From an uncultured bacterium (GTDB lineage: Bacteria > Chlamydiota > Chlamydiia > Chlamydiales > VFKH01), in assembly GCA_964630595.1 (NCBI GenBank), contig CAZVVT010000006.1, forward strand, positions 7,056 through 71,055: a DNA stretch of 64,000 nucleotides, in the 5' to 3' direction. This document shows, piece by piece, positions 53,756-62,699 of the stretch (within the stretch, counting starts at the first letter, position 1; every line of letters begins with the position of its first letter). Below the pieces are notes generated by a model, which was given only the letters and a program-made list of their open reading frames with translations, was not told where the DNA came from and searched no databases. The position numbers and the translations under genes were made by a program.

Positions 53756-54564
53756 TTTGTAACAAAGCGGTTCGTGTCGAGTCGCAGGGGCTCATCCCAA
53801 TCTTCATCGCCGAGCTGAAAGGTGGAGTGGTGGATGGGGATGGATTTCTTGACGCGGAGCACGTCGTGGGCGCGCATCGCCTCTTGGGGGCCCATGTGGT
53901 ATTGCCGCAGAATGTTTTGCGGGCGGAAGGCACCGGTGGGGATAAGGGCGTAGTCGAGAGGAAAACGGGCGGCAATTTCAGCGAAATGGGGGCCAAAGGC
54001 CGTGTCGGCAGCAAAGTAGACGCGGTCTACGACAAAACTGCCCCAAAGAGCACGGCCGCGATCCCAAAGAGTGCGCGCCGAGTAGTGCAGCGAGGGTGTG
54101 TAGGTGATTTCTACGTCCCTAAAGGGAATCGTTTGCCACCAGTCGAGCTCAACCACCCGATGACCCCGTAAATAGGCCTTGTTGCCGCGCCCCGTGATAA
54201 TGGGAGTCCCTCGAAAATGCTTCAGAGTCCTCAGACACATGTGATCATAGTGGTTGTGACTGAGAAGAATGGCATCGATTTTAGGCAGGTCTTTAAGGGC
54301 CATCAGGGGCCCCGCATGCCTCTTGGGGCCAATGAGTCCGAGCGGGCCCGCCCGCTGCGCCCAGATGGGGTCGGTGAGAAGCGTAGTGTCTTCAAACTGA
54401 AGCAGACAGGTGGCGTGGTGGAGCCAGGTGAGACGAACAGAACCATCTATGATCCGCAGGGGCTCTCGAGGCTCTTTCGGCCAGGAGGGCGCTTGACGTG
54501 CCAATGCCCATCGGTAGATCGATCGCGCATCGCCTTTCACTAGATAGTTTTCTCTACTCTGCAT
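53752..54564 (-). CDS. MBL-fold metallo-hydrolase (NAPE-PLD-like)
   Basis: 270 aa. Has the metal motif LLSHNHYDH and a later HHSTF. Confidence 0.8.
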   Translation of the reverse strand: MQSRENYLVKGDARSIYRWALARQAPSWPKEPREPLRIIDGSVRLTWLHHATCLLQFEDTTLLTDPIWAQRAGPLGLIGPKRHAGPLMALKDLPKIDAILLSHNHYDHMCLRTLKHFRGTPIITGRGNKAYLRGHRVVELDWWQTIPFRDVEITYTPSLHYSARTLWDRGRALWGSFVVDRVYFAADTAFGPHFAEIAARFPLDYALIPTGAFRPQNILRQYHMGPQEAMRAHDVLRVKKSIPIHHSTFQLGDEDWDEPLRLDTNRFVTN

Positions 54565-54578
54565 TATAATCTTCGGCC

Positions 54579-55931
54579 ATGAAAGTGCACTTCACCAGCC
54601 TTGGTTGTCCTCGTAATCGTGTTGATACCGAAGTTATGGTTGGAATTCTACTAAAAGCTGGATACGAACCGACGGCAACGACGGAAGATGCTGATTATCT
54701 GGTAGTTAACACCTGCGGATTTTTAGAGTCGGCCCGCCAGGAATCGCTCGATACGATCCAAGGCCTGATCGATGTGAAAAAGAACGGGGCAAAGGTCGTA
54801 GTCACGGGCTGCATGGTCCAAAACCATAAGGAGCAGATCCGCGAGGCCATCCCAGAAGTCAGCTACCTTCTCGGTTCGGGCGATGTGAACAAGATTCTCG
54901 ACGCCATCAACCAAGACCGCGACTTTGTTACCGACGCGCGCAGCTTTCTTCAGCAGGGTGAAGTCCCCCGCACCGTCACAACCCGCCACTTTGCCTACCT
55001 CAAGATTGCCGAGGGCTGCCTGAAGCGCTGCTCTTTCTGCAAAATCCCCGGCATCAAGGGGCCACTGAAGAGCAAACCGCGTGAGCAGGTGCTGAGCGAA
55101 GTGCGTGCTCTACTGAGCCAAAACATTCGCGAAATCATTCTCATTGCACAAGATTTGGGAGACTGGGGCAAAGAGAATAAAGAGGCCTTTGAGTCCCTTT
55201 TGGAAGAGATTTTCACCATTCCCGGCGACTACAAGATCCGCCTACTCTATCTCTATCCAGATGAAATCACTGCCAAGCTGGTCGATCTGATGAAGTCGGA
55301 GCCGCGGCTGCTCAAATATCTGGATATGCCCATCCAGCACGTCAACGACCAGATCTTGAAAGCCATGCGCCGCAAAACGCGCAAAGAGCACATTGTGCAG
55401 ACCATTGAAATGCTGCGACGCGAAGTGCCCGATGTGGTGATCCGTACGAGCTTAATGGTGGGCTTTCCTGGGGAAACCGAAGAGCAGTTCGAAGAGCTGC
55501 TGCAGTTCGTCAAGAGCCATCCCCTCGATAACGTCGGCGTCTTTATGTTCTCCAAAGAAGAGGGCACCCATGCAGCAACGCTTACACCCCAAGTTCCTGA
55601 AGAGGTCAAACAAAGCCGTCACAAACGCTTAATGGAATTGCAGTTGGAAATGGCCTCTGGCCTCAACCAGCGCTGGGTAGGCCAAACACTGCCCGTCGTT
55701 ATCGAAGGCTTTCACCCCGATTCCCGTCATCTCATGGTCGGCCGCTTCCACGGTCAGTGTCCTGAAATCGATGGTCAGGTCATTATCAATGATGGACGTG
55801 CCGTAACCGAATTCGGCCGTGAATACCGGGTGAAAATCACCGAAAATCTCGGGTACGATCTTCTCGGAACCGCTCTTCCCCTAAAAACCTCAAAACTGAA
55901 GTTGGCCCATGGCAGCAGCCGTCATTCGTGA
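54579..55931 (+). CDS. rimO: Ribosomal protein S12 methylthiotransferase RimO (radical SAM MTTase)
   Basis: 450 aa. The N-terminal MTTase domain starts MKVHFTSLGCPRNRVDTE. The radical SAM motif is CLKRCSFCKIP, and there is a C-terminal TRAM-like domain. Confidence 0.88.
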   Translation: MKVHFTSLGCPRNRVDTEVMVGILLKAGYEPTATTEDADYLVVNTCGFLESARQESLDTIQGLIDVKKNGAKVVVTGCMVQNHKEQIREAIPEVSYLLGSGDVNKILDAINQDRDFVTDARSFLQQGEVPRTVTTRHFAYLKIAEGCLKRCSFCKIPGIKGPLKSKPREQVLSEVRALLSQNIREIILIAQDLGDWGKENKEAFESLLEEIFTIPGDYKIRLLYLYPDEITAKLVDLMKSEPRLLKYLDMPIQHVNDQILKAMRRKTRKEHIVQTIEMLRREVPDVVIRTSLMVGFPGETEEQFEELLQFVKSHPLDNVGVFMFSKEEGTHAATLTPQVPEEVKQSRHKRLMELQLEMASGLNQRWVGQTLPVVIEGFHPDSRHLMVGRFHGQCPEIDGQVIINDGRAVTEFGREYRVKITENLGYDLLGTALPLKTSKLKLAHGSSRHS

Positions 55932-56700
55932 CTTAGAAAGAGGTGTGCTGAGGTTTACAGAAAGAGGCGAGCGATTTCTCACTCATCTGCATAGAATCGC
56001 AGGTGTCATTGCCACCCTTTTTGAAGAGACAAATAAATCAGCTCTTGCGCTGATCCCCACTCTTCCTAAAAAACCTTGCCTGGATGTTCGTCGATTTGTT
56101 GCTAAAGAAGACATGCAGTCCACCTTTACTTGCACGCTGGGTCTTGCAACAGTTCATTTAGTTGCCAAGAGCGCAGGTATCGGTGGCCCCAGAGCTTTCA
56201 TAGAAACAATCTACCTGTTCTGCTTGAGTGCTGCATTTGAGTTGCTACGCCAAATGCGCAATCCTCTGATCGACACAACACTGCCTCGTAGCAGCTCCAT
56301 TATCTTTGCAAAAATGCAGGAGCTGGCAACTGTACTCCCCTCTTACCAATTCCTTCACGCAACGTTTGTGGCCGATGCAGTTGCAACACATCTCGCCCTA
56401 AGGGCCGATCTTTCTATAGATGTCTCGCATGCTTACGGCACTTTAGCTTTCATGATCACAGCCGTTGCTATTTTTAGCTTTGTTGTTGCACTAGGCAGCT
56501 CTTTTAGTCGCACCTTTATGAAGGTGACTCTGGTTCAAGTTGCTATTTTCTGCTTGGCCCTCATCTCTTCTATAGATCCGGAAACTCTCTCTTTTCGACA
56601 TGCGATAGGAAGCTCTTTAGAAACCAGCTTGAAGTGGACAGCAATCATCTTTTTATTGAGCATTCTTGGGTCGATTCCCGCCGCTGCCAGAGACGCTTAA
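55909..56700 (+). CDS. Hypothetical polytopic membrane protein
   Basis: 263 aa. ATG overlaps the rimO end by 23 nt. It has several TM segments, for example AFMITAVAIFSFVVALG, VAIFCLALISSI and WTAIIFLLSILGSIPAA. No motif recognised. Confidence 0.5.
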   Translation: MAAAVIRDLERGVLRFTERGERFLTHLHRIAGVIATLFEETNKSALALIPTLPKKPCLDVRRFVAKEDMQSTFTCTLGLATVHLVAKSAGIGGPRAFIETIYLFCLSAAFELLRQMRNPLIDTTLPRSSSIIFAKMQELATVLPSYQFLHATFVADAVATHLALRADLSIDVSHAYGTLAFMITAVAIFSFVVALGSSFSRTFMKVTLVQVAIFCLALISSIDPETLSFRHAIGSSLETSLKWTAIIFLLSILGSIPAAARDA

Positions 56701-58298
56701 GCCGTTTCGAGCTGCAGCGTAAGAGGCCTTTCTTCTTGTCCGTCGGGCAGGAAGTATTGAATCGGCCCTGGCTGAACATAGTCATCTGCCAATAACCAGC
56801 CCTCACGGTAGTAGGCAAAACGTTCAAAGGGTTTTGATTTTAACTCTACTAGAGCTTTCTTAATCACCGGCTTTTGTTTGCCTTGGCGAGTTTCCAGATG
56901 AATCAGGGAAACAAGAGGTACTGCAACGGGCAGCCACTCCAAACAGGAACGATTGAGCCCCTTAATGGCGCACAAATAGCCCGATCTGCGCGTGAGTGCA
57001 ACGTGGGCTGTCCAGAGGCCCAGAGCGTAACAGTAATCGCTGTCAAAGTTGGTGGGCAGTGCGCAACGCCCCTCATACCCAAAGAAGTGAGGGATGCAGG
57101 GAACCTCGACGCGTTGGTTTACCATCTCCATCAACAATTTTTCCGTGTCGATGCCAGAGACGTGAACGTTGCCATGGGAATCCCTTTTCGCTAAAAGCTG
57201 CGTCTGGATATCTTCTGGAATGGAATCGAGAGTTCTGCGCGCATTGTCGGAAAGCTTCGACCGCACTTGATCGACAGGCGTATCCAGCAAAGCCTTGTTG
57301 AGCTCTGCAATCAACTGCGCCACATCGGGCATGAATTCTACCAACCCCTCGGGAAGAAGAATCACGCCAAAGTTGCGACCGATTTTGGCCCGCGCTTCGA
57401 TACCATCCAAAATAGACTGCACAACATCTGTGAGCTTCTGTTTCTTTGCCTTGATTTCCTCTGAAATGAGCGCCATGTTAGGCCGCGTACGCAACGCGCA
57501 CTCAAGGGTCACATGAGAGGCGGAGCGACCCATCAGCTTCACAAAGTGGTAGTACTTGCGAGAGGAAACGGCGTCTTTGGCAATGTTGCCGATCAATTCA
57601 GAATAGAGTCTGGTGGCGGTATCAAAACCAAAAGAGAGATCGATGAACTCGTTTTTGAGATCGCCATCAATGGTCTTTGGCACACCCAGAACAGCCGTTT
57701 TGCAGGAGTGCTGCGCAAAGTACTCTGCCAACACAGCGGAGTTGGTGTTAGAATCATCGCCGCCAATGACAACGAGGGCATCCAGATCGCGCGCTTTTGC
57801 AGTCAGCAAAGCCAGCTGCAGCTGCTCTTCGCTTTCAATCTTCGTACGGCCCGAACCCATCAGATCAAAGCCGCCCTGATTGCGCACTTCGTTGACCGAT
57901 TCCGCCTCGATGATCATCGCACTGTTATTAACGATCCCTTCCGGACCGCCCAAAAACCCGACCATGCGAGGACGCTCCACGCGCTGCGAAAGAGCATCAA
58001 AGAGCCCCGCAATCACATTGTGACCGCCCGGGGCCGGCCCACCAGAAAAAACAACGCCTAAAGTAAAGGAGGGTAACCGACTCTGCCCCATTGTGTGGGC
58101 AATCTTCAATACTTTTTGCCCGCTTGTCTTCGGAAAATGGTTGATGACGTCGGCACTCAACTCTCTATTTACCTCCACCTCAATGACGGAAACCCTTGTC
58201 GCAATCTCCAGCGCATGAGGCACTTTAGGACGATAGGTGAGTCTCAAGCGACAAAGGGAACTATACACAAACAACCTCAAGAATTGGGAATATGCCAA
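56697..58298 (-). CDS. pfp: Diphosphate (PPi)-dependent 6-phosphofructokinase
   Basis: 533 aa. Contains LGVVFSGGPAPGGHNVIAG, VVIGGDDSNTNSA, PKTIDGDL and KLMGRSASH. The start is non-ATG (TTG at 58298 in the track) and uncertain by about 30 nt. Confidence 0.92.
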   Translation of the reverse strand: MAYSQFLRLFVYSSLCRLRLTYRPKVPHALEIATRVSVIEVEVNRELSADVINHFPKTSGQKVLKIAHTMGQSRLPSFTLGVVFSGGPAPGGHNVIAGLFDALSQRVERPRMVGFLGGPEGIVNNSAMIIEAESVNEVRNQGGFDLMGSGRTKIESEEQLQLALLTAKARDLDALVVIGGDDSNTNSAVLAEYFAQHSCKTAVLGVPKTIDGDLKNEFIDLSFGFDTATRLYSELIGNIAKDAVSSRKYYHFVKLMGRSASHVTLECALRTRPNMALISEEIKAKKQKLTDVVQSILDGIEARAKIGRNFGVILLPEGLVEFMPDVAQLIAELNKALLDTPVDQVRSKLSDNARRTLDSIPEDIQTQLLAKRDSHGNVHVSGIDTEKLLMEMVNQRVEVPCIPHFFGYEGRCALPTNFDSDYCYALGLWTAHVALTRRSGYLCAIKGLNRSCLEWLPVAVPLVSLIHLETRQGKQKPVIKKALVELKSKPFERFAYYREGWLLADDYVQPGPIQYFLPDGQEERPLTLQLETA

Positions 58299-58342
58299 GG
58301 AGGCGCTTTGAATTTAAGCCAAACGCAGTTGGCGCCGAAGCA

Positions 58343-58364
58343 GCCCAACTTGAATAAGTTGGGC
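58343..58364 (-). terminator. Candidate stem-loop terminator downstream of the alpha/beta hydrolase gene
   Basis: A perfect 9-bp stem (gcccaactt / aagttgggc) has a 4-nt loop. A second 6-bp GC hairpin (ctgccg-acgc-cggcag) lies nearby. Neither has a strong U-tract, so the call is weak. Confidence 0.3.
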
Positions 58365-58433
58365 GATGCAGGCGGGCTGAAATACAAAGCCTGCCGACGC
58401 CGGCAGAAACCAATCCTTGAGATTGTTTGTGTA

Positions 58434-59183
58434 TCATATATGTCTGTCAAACCACTCAAGGGTTGCATTGATTAACATTTTGCGTTCTTTGTTATCAGTA
58501 AACTGATGGTCGGAGTTGGGTAGTTCTAAAAAACTCGTCTCGTAGTTTGATTCTTTCGCCGCCTGTTCATACTGCGCAAAGTGGGAATCATCGACTGTCT
58601 CATCTCTGCCACCACGCACGAAAAGCGTTGGCTGCGATTGCGCCCCGCGCAGCGCAAGGCTGGGGTTGAGTTGAAAGAACTGCTCAAAGAAACGGGAATC
58701 TACCAACCGCCCGCGATAGGGAAGATAGGGCGGCTTGGGCGTGGGCAGCTTCTCCCAATCTGCTCTCCATTGCCGCCCATCAAAGACGGGTGCCCAAAGA
58801 GCCAGTGCGGCCAGTTCGTGACGCTCTGCGAGAAGGGAGGAGAGCATGCCTCCCAGAGAAATACCGATCACGGCTATCTTAGGCGCCAGTTTGAGCACTT
58901 GCTGGAAGGAAGCCTCAGAGTCCTCTAGCAGACGTTCAAGAGTAGTAGACTCAAAGGTTCCCTCACTATCCCCGGCTCCGCGGAAATCCACCCGCAAGCT
59001 GGAAATATTCTTTTCTGCAAGACCCTCCGCCATCTCTACAAAGAGGCGGTTGAATCCCACCTTGTTTCCTCCAAAGCCGTGGCAAAAAAGAACAGCTGCT
59101 CGAGGGTTTTTTACAGTGTGTGTGACGGCAAAAAGCTTTTGCCCAGCCACAGAATAGATCAGGGGCTCGCGAGTATCTAGCAT
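58434..59183 (-). CDS. Alpha/beta hydrolase
   Basis: 249 aa. Has VLFCHGFGGNK, the nucleophile elbow VIGISLGG and a late SDHQF. Confidence 0.8.
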   Translation of the reverse strand: MLDTREPLIYSVAGQKLFAVTHTVKNPRAAVLFCHGFGGNKVGFNRLFVEMAEGLAEKNISSLRVDFRGAGDSEGTFESTTLERLLEDSEASFQQVLKLAPKIAVIGISLGGMLSSLLAERHELAALALWAPVFDGRQWRADWEKLPTPKPPYLPYRGRLVDSRFFEQFFQLNPSLALRGAQSQPTLFVRGGRDETVDDSHFAQYEQAAKESNYETSFLELPNSDHQFTDNKERKMLINATLEWFDRHI

Positions 59184-59211
59184 GGACGGGCAAGTTTCGC
59201 CTGATCACGCA

Positions 59212-59227
59212 ATTTCTGGCCAGAAAT
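59212..59227. promoter_or_regulatory. Perfect 16-bp palindrome upstream of the amino-acid ABC transporter operon (candidate operator)
   Basis: ATTTCTGGCCAGAAAT lies about 100 nt upstream of the binding-protein ATG, in the 146-bp divergent intergenic region. Confidence 0.3.
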
Positions 59228-59329
59228 ACCCAAATGTGCGACAATTCCCTTATGGAACTTTCCTTTCGCTTCCATCGTCTTCATTCCTAATACTCGTCGA
59301 CCCATTCACTCATCCATTTAGGAAAAATT

Positions 59330-60073
59330 ATGATCTCTCGAATTTTGATTGGCCTGTTGGCCACCTGCGCTCTTTTTGGCGCACCCAATGAACTGATTGT
59401 CGGAACCACCGGCGGCTATGCCCCTTTCGCTTCTGTGAATGAAGCGGGCGAAATGGAGGGCTTTGACATCGATGTGGCCAAAGCACTCGCTGCGCGACTC
59501 AATAAACAACTCGTGCTCAAAGATCTGGGCAACATGCCCTCTCTACTCATGGCGCTGAAGCTCAAAAAGGTCGACTGCGTCATCTGGGCTGTGTCGATCA
59601 CGAAGGCGCGGCAGGAAAAGATGTTCCTGATCCACTACCAAGGCGATGCGGTAACCTCCATCCCCATGCTCTTTTGGGGCAAAGCGCCCGAGGGGCAAAA
59701 GTGTCCTGAAGACGTGGTAAAGGCTGGAGGCATGATGGTGGTGGAAGCAGGCTCTTTCCAAGAGCAGCTCCTGCAAAAACTGCCCGCTGCTCAGGTGCGG
59801 CCCGTTACCTCCATCGTAGATGCACTTCTCGAACTGCGTTATGGCAAAGCGCAAGCAACGTTGGCAGACCCTGGACTCATCACTAAAATTGTCTCCACGC
59901 AGCCCGAGGTGAAGGTAGTGCTTGTCCCTCTGGAAGAGAGCGACATGGCCTTCGGCAACGGCATCTGCGTAGACAAATCCAATGAAGCGCTCGCTCAAGA
60001 AATTGAGCTGGCCATCGCCGCTATGAAGAGCGACCAAACCATCGCAAAGCTCGAGGCATTATGGATGAAGTAA
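59330..60073 (+). CDS. Amino-acid ABC transporter substrate-binding protein (ArtJ-like)
   Basis: 247 aa. Has a signal peptide (MISRILIGLLATCALFGA) and the family-3 SBP pattern GTTGGYAPFA...GFDIDVAKALA. Confidence 0.85.
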   Translation: MISRILIGLLATCALFGAPNELIVGTTGGYAPFASVNEAGEMEGFDIDVAKALAARLNKQLVLKDLGNMPSLLMALKLKKVDCVIWAVSITKARQEKMFLIHYQGDAVTSIPMLFWGKAPEGQKCPEDVVKAGGMMVVEAGSFQEQLLQKLPAAQVRPVTSIVDALLELRYGKAQATLADPGLITKIVSTQPEVKVVLVPLEESDMAFGNGICVDKSNEALAQEIELAIAAMKSDQTIAKLEALWMK

Positions 60074-60702
60074 TCCGCTATATGCCTCTCCTGCTGCAGG
60101 GAGCAAAGCTCACCCTGCTCATCCTTTTTGGTAGCGCCCTGATCAGCATGAGCTGCGGCCTATTCTTCGGCATCGCGATGGCACAAGCCTGCCGCATTCC
60201 CATCCTCTCGCCCTTCGTTGAGTCGCTCACCTTCTTGTTGCGCGCGATCCCCTTCTATGTGCAGCTGTTGCTCGTCTATTTCGTTCTACCAGAAATTTTG
60301 GGACTGAACCTAGACGGCCTGACGGCCTCCATCATTGCCTTGGGGCTCTGCTCTTCGGGGTATGTCGCGCACATCATTCGCGGGGGCATCAATGCCATTG
60401 AGCCGGAGCAGTGGCAATGCGCCGCAGCCCTGGGTTACGGTCGGCGCGTCTCCCTACGCTATGCCATATTGCCGCAAGTACTGCGTAATAGCCTGCCCAT
60501 GCTGGGCAATGAGCTGGAGTCGATACTGAAGAGCACGGCCATTGCCGCCTCTATCGGCGTGCTAGAGCTCACGCGGGCCGGCGCCAACATCGTCTCACGC
60601 GAACTCAATCCTATGCTGATCTACTCTACCGTAGCTCTCTTCTACGTGGCGATCTCCGCAGCATTTCAAATCACAGGCAGGTTGGTGTATGCTCGAAGCT
60701 AA
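60061..60702 (+). CDS. Amino-acid ABC transporter permease
   Basis: 213 aa polytopic protein. The EAA-like loop is AAALGYGRRVSLRYAILPQVLRNSLP. It overlaps both neighbouring genes. Confidence 0.88.
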   Translation: MDEVIRYMPLLLQGAKLTLLILFGSALISMSCGLFFGIAMAQACRIPILSPFVESLTFLLRAIPFYVQLLLVYFVLPEILGLNLDGLTASIIALGLCSSGYVAHIIRGGINAIEPEQWQCAAALGYGRRVSLRYAILPQVLRNSLPMLGNELESILKSTAIAASIGVLELTRAGANIVSRELNPMLIYSTVALFYVAISAAFQITGRLVYARS

Positions 60703-61318
60703 AGGGCTCTCTCTTGCTTGTCGCATTAAGAATGTCGACTGCCTCGTGCCTCCAGGTCAACTCACGCTTATCTTGGGGCGCAGCGGTTCGGGCAAAAGCA
60801 CGCTTCTGCGTTGCCTTGCCGGCCTAGAAAAAAAGATCGAGGGATCGATCACTCTTCATGGTCAAAGCATCTCTTCCATCAAGCCGAAAGAGCGTGCGTG
60901 CATGATCGGTTATATCCCGCAAAGCTTCCTTCTCTTTCCTCACCTGAAAGTACAAGAAGCCATCGCCCAACCCCTTCGACTCACGCTTGGCCTTCCACGT
61001 CAAGAGGCAATGGAGCGCGCTTTAGCGCTGCTGCAGATGTTTGGCATTGAGGAGCTGTGCAACCGCTTACCCTCCCAAATTTCCGGGGGCCAGCGGCAGC
61101 GCGTCTCGATTCTGCGCGCTCTCGGGCTCAATCCCTCCTACCTTCTTCTCGACGAACCCTCTTCCGCCCTCGACCCTGACAACACGCGCATTCTTGCCGA
61201 TATTCTGCTGCAACTGCAGGCGCAAGGAACTTCTGTCGTGCTCTCTACGCAAGATATGTCTCTTGCGGAGATGGTGCAAGGGACTGTCTACAAAATGGAA
61301 AAAGGTTGTATGCAGTAA
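60689..61318 (+). CDS. ABC transporter ATP-binding protein
   Basis: 209 aa. Has GRSGSGKSTLLRCL (Walker A), QISGGQRQRVSILRAL (signature) and LLLDEPSSALD (Walker B). Confidence 0.9.
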   Translation: MLEAKGLSLACRIKNVDCLVPPGQLTLILGRSGSGKSTLLRCLAGLEKKIEGSITLHGQSISSIKPKERACMIGYIPQSFLLFPHLKVQEAIAQPLRLTLGLPRQEAMERALALLQMFGIEELCNRLPSQISGGQRQRVSILRALGLNPSYLLLDEPSSALDPDNTRILADILLQLQAQGTSVVLSTQDMSLAEMVQGTVYKMEKGCMQ

Positions 61319-61321
61319 GGC

Positions 61322-62644
61322 ATGTTCCTGATCTGCGGCGCAGGCCCCACCGGACTCACCCTCGCCATTCAATGCGCTCGGCGCAACATCCCCTTCCGCA
61401 TCATCGAAAAAGAGCTGCAGCGCTCTCCCTACTCGAGAGCTTTGGTCGTCTGGAGCGCCTGCCTCGAAAGCTTTCGAGCCATGGGCATCACTCTCCACGG
61501 CATCCAGCCCTCTTCCATCACCATCTCTGATCGCCACAGAACTCTCGCCCATTTTGCCCCCGAAACTCCCGCTCTCTTCCTTCCCCAAGGCACCCTCGAA
61601 GAGGTCTTGGAAAACCACCTCAAAACGTTGGGCCACTCCGTAGAGCGCGGCACAGAGCTCCTCTCCTTTCGACAAGATACGAAGGTTGTTGCGCAAACAT
61701 CTAAGGGAGAAATTGTTGCGGATTGGATCGCGGGTTGCGATGGCATTCACAGCGCTGTACGGCGCACGCTGGGAACGCTCTTTGAGGGCTACGAAGAGCC
61801 TTTTATGATCGGTCTGGCGGACTGCGAAGTTACGGGAAGAAGTCTTGAACCGGGCATACATATATCCTGGGGAGCGAAGGGCTCTGTGGCCTTTCTTCCC
61901 GTTACCGAAAAGATCTGGCGCATCATATCGACACACTATACTTCGCCGCTCACTCTGGAGGTGCTGCAAAAAACCGTTGATGAGTGCGGCCCGGGCAATT
62001 GCCGTCTTGTAAACCCAACCTGGATTTCGGAGTTTCACATTCACGAACGACTGGCCGCACGCTTTCAAACCGGCCGCGCCTTTCTCCTCGGCGATGCTGC
62101 TCATGTCCACAGCCCTGCAGGAGGCCAAGGCATGAATACCGGTATTCAAGATGCCGTGAACCTCGGCTGGAAAATCCCCTATCTTCACTCCCCCGACGTC
62201 CTCCAAAGCTACGAACAAGAGCGCCGCCCCATCGCTGCCAAAGTCATCGCTCAAGCAGCACAGCGCGTCCAATTCGCCGCCCGCCAAAACCCTCTCATGC
62301 GCCTTCTCAAGAACGTCATCGCTCTCACCCTTCCCCGCCTGCGCTATTTCCGTCAACTCTTTGCCCGCTCCCTCTCCGGCCTCTACCTGCACTACGACAA
62401 CTCCCGCCTCATCCTCAATTGCGGCGAACATATCCATGGCCAGTATCCCCTCGGCCCCGATCACACCCTCATCTTCTTCGGAGAAAAACCCAACCTCTCC
62501 TTTGGCGACCTGCCCCTTAAAGTCATCCACGTTCCTGAAGGAAACGGTTGGTGCCTGGTTCGCCCCGATCGCTACATCGCCGCACGCGGCACGGCCAGCT
62601 GCTTGCCACTCGTGCACGAATACTTCCACCGATTGTTAAGATAA
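61322..62644 (+). CDS. FAD-dependent aromatic-ring monooxygenase family protein
   Basis: 440 aa. Contains MFLICGAGPTGLTLA (GxGxxG), CDGIHSAVR and GRAFLLGDAAHVHSPAGGQGMNTGIQDAVNLGWK. Confidence 0.88.
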   Translation: MFLICGAGPTGLTLAIQCARRNIPFRIIEKELQRSPYSRALVVWSACLESFRAMGITLHGIQPSSITISDRHRTLAHFAPETPALFLPQGTLEEVLENHLKTLGHSVERGTELLSFRQDTKVVAQTSKGEIVADWIAGCDGIHSAVRRTLGTLFEGYEEPFMIGLADCEVTGRSLEPGIHISWGAKGSVAFLPVTEKIWRIISTHYTSPLTLEVLQKTVDECGPGNCRLVNPTWISEFHIHERLAARFQTGRAFLLGDAAHVHSPAGGQGMNTGIQDAVNLGWKIPYLHSPDVLQSYEQERRPIAAKVIAQAAQRVQFAARQNPLMRLLKNVIALTLPRLRYFRQLFARSLSGLYLHYDNSRLILNCGEHIHGQYPLGPDHTLIFFGEKPNLSFGDLPLKVIHVPEGNGWCLVRPDRYIAARGTASCLPLVHEYFHRLLR

Positions 62645-62699
62645 TTTTCCAAGCTGTTCACTTGCAAAGTGTTGCCAAATGTAAAGCCGGCTTTACATG

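Noticed and set aside
61067-62629. A 520-aa minus-strand ORF, the longest unexplained ORF in the track, lies antisense to the ABC ATPase 3-prime end and the whole monooxygenase gene.
   Set aside because: Its codons are in exact register with the sense codons of both plus-strand genes, which share one frame. It stays open simply because the sense genes avoid TTA, CTA and TCA codons. The translation is low-complexity (Ala/Gly/Glu/Val-rich) with no motif, whereas the sense strand has unambiguous Walker/signature motifs and FAD-monooxygenase motifs. It is a shadow ORF.
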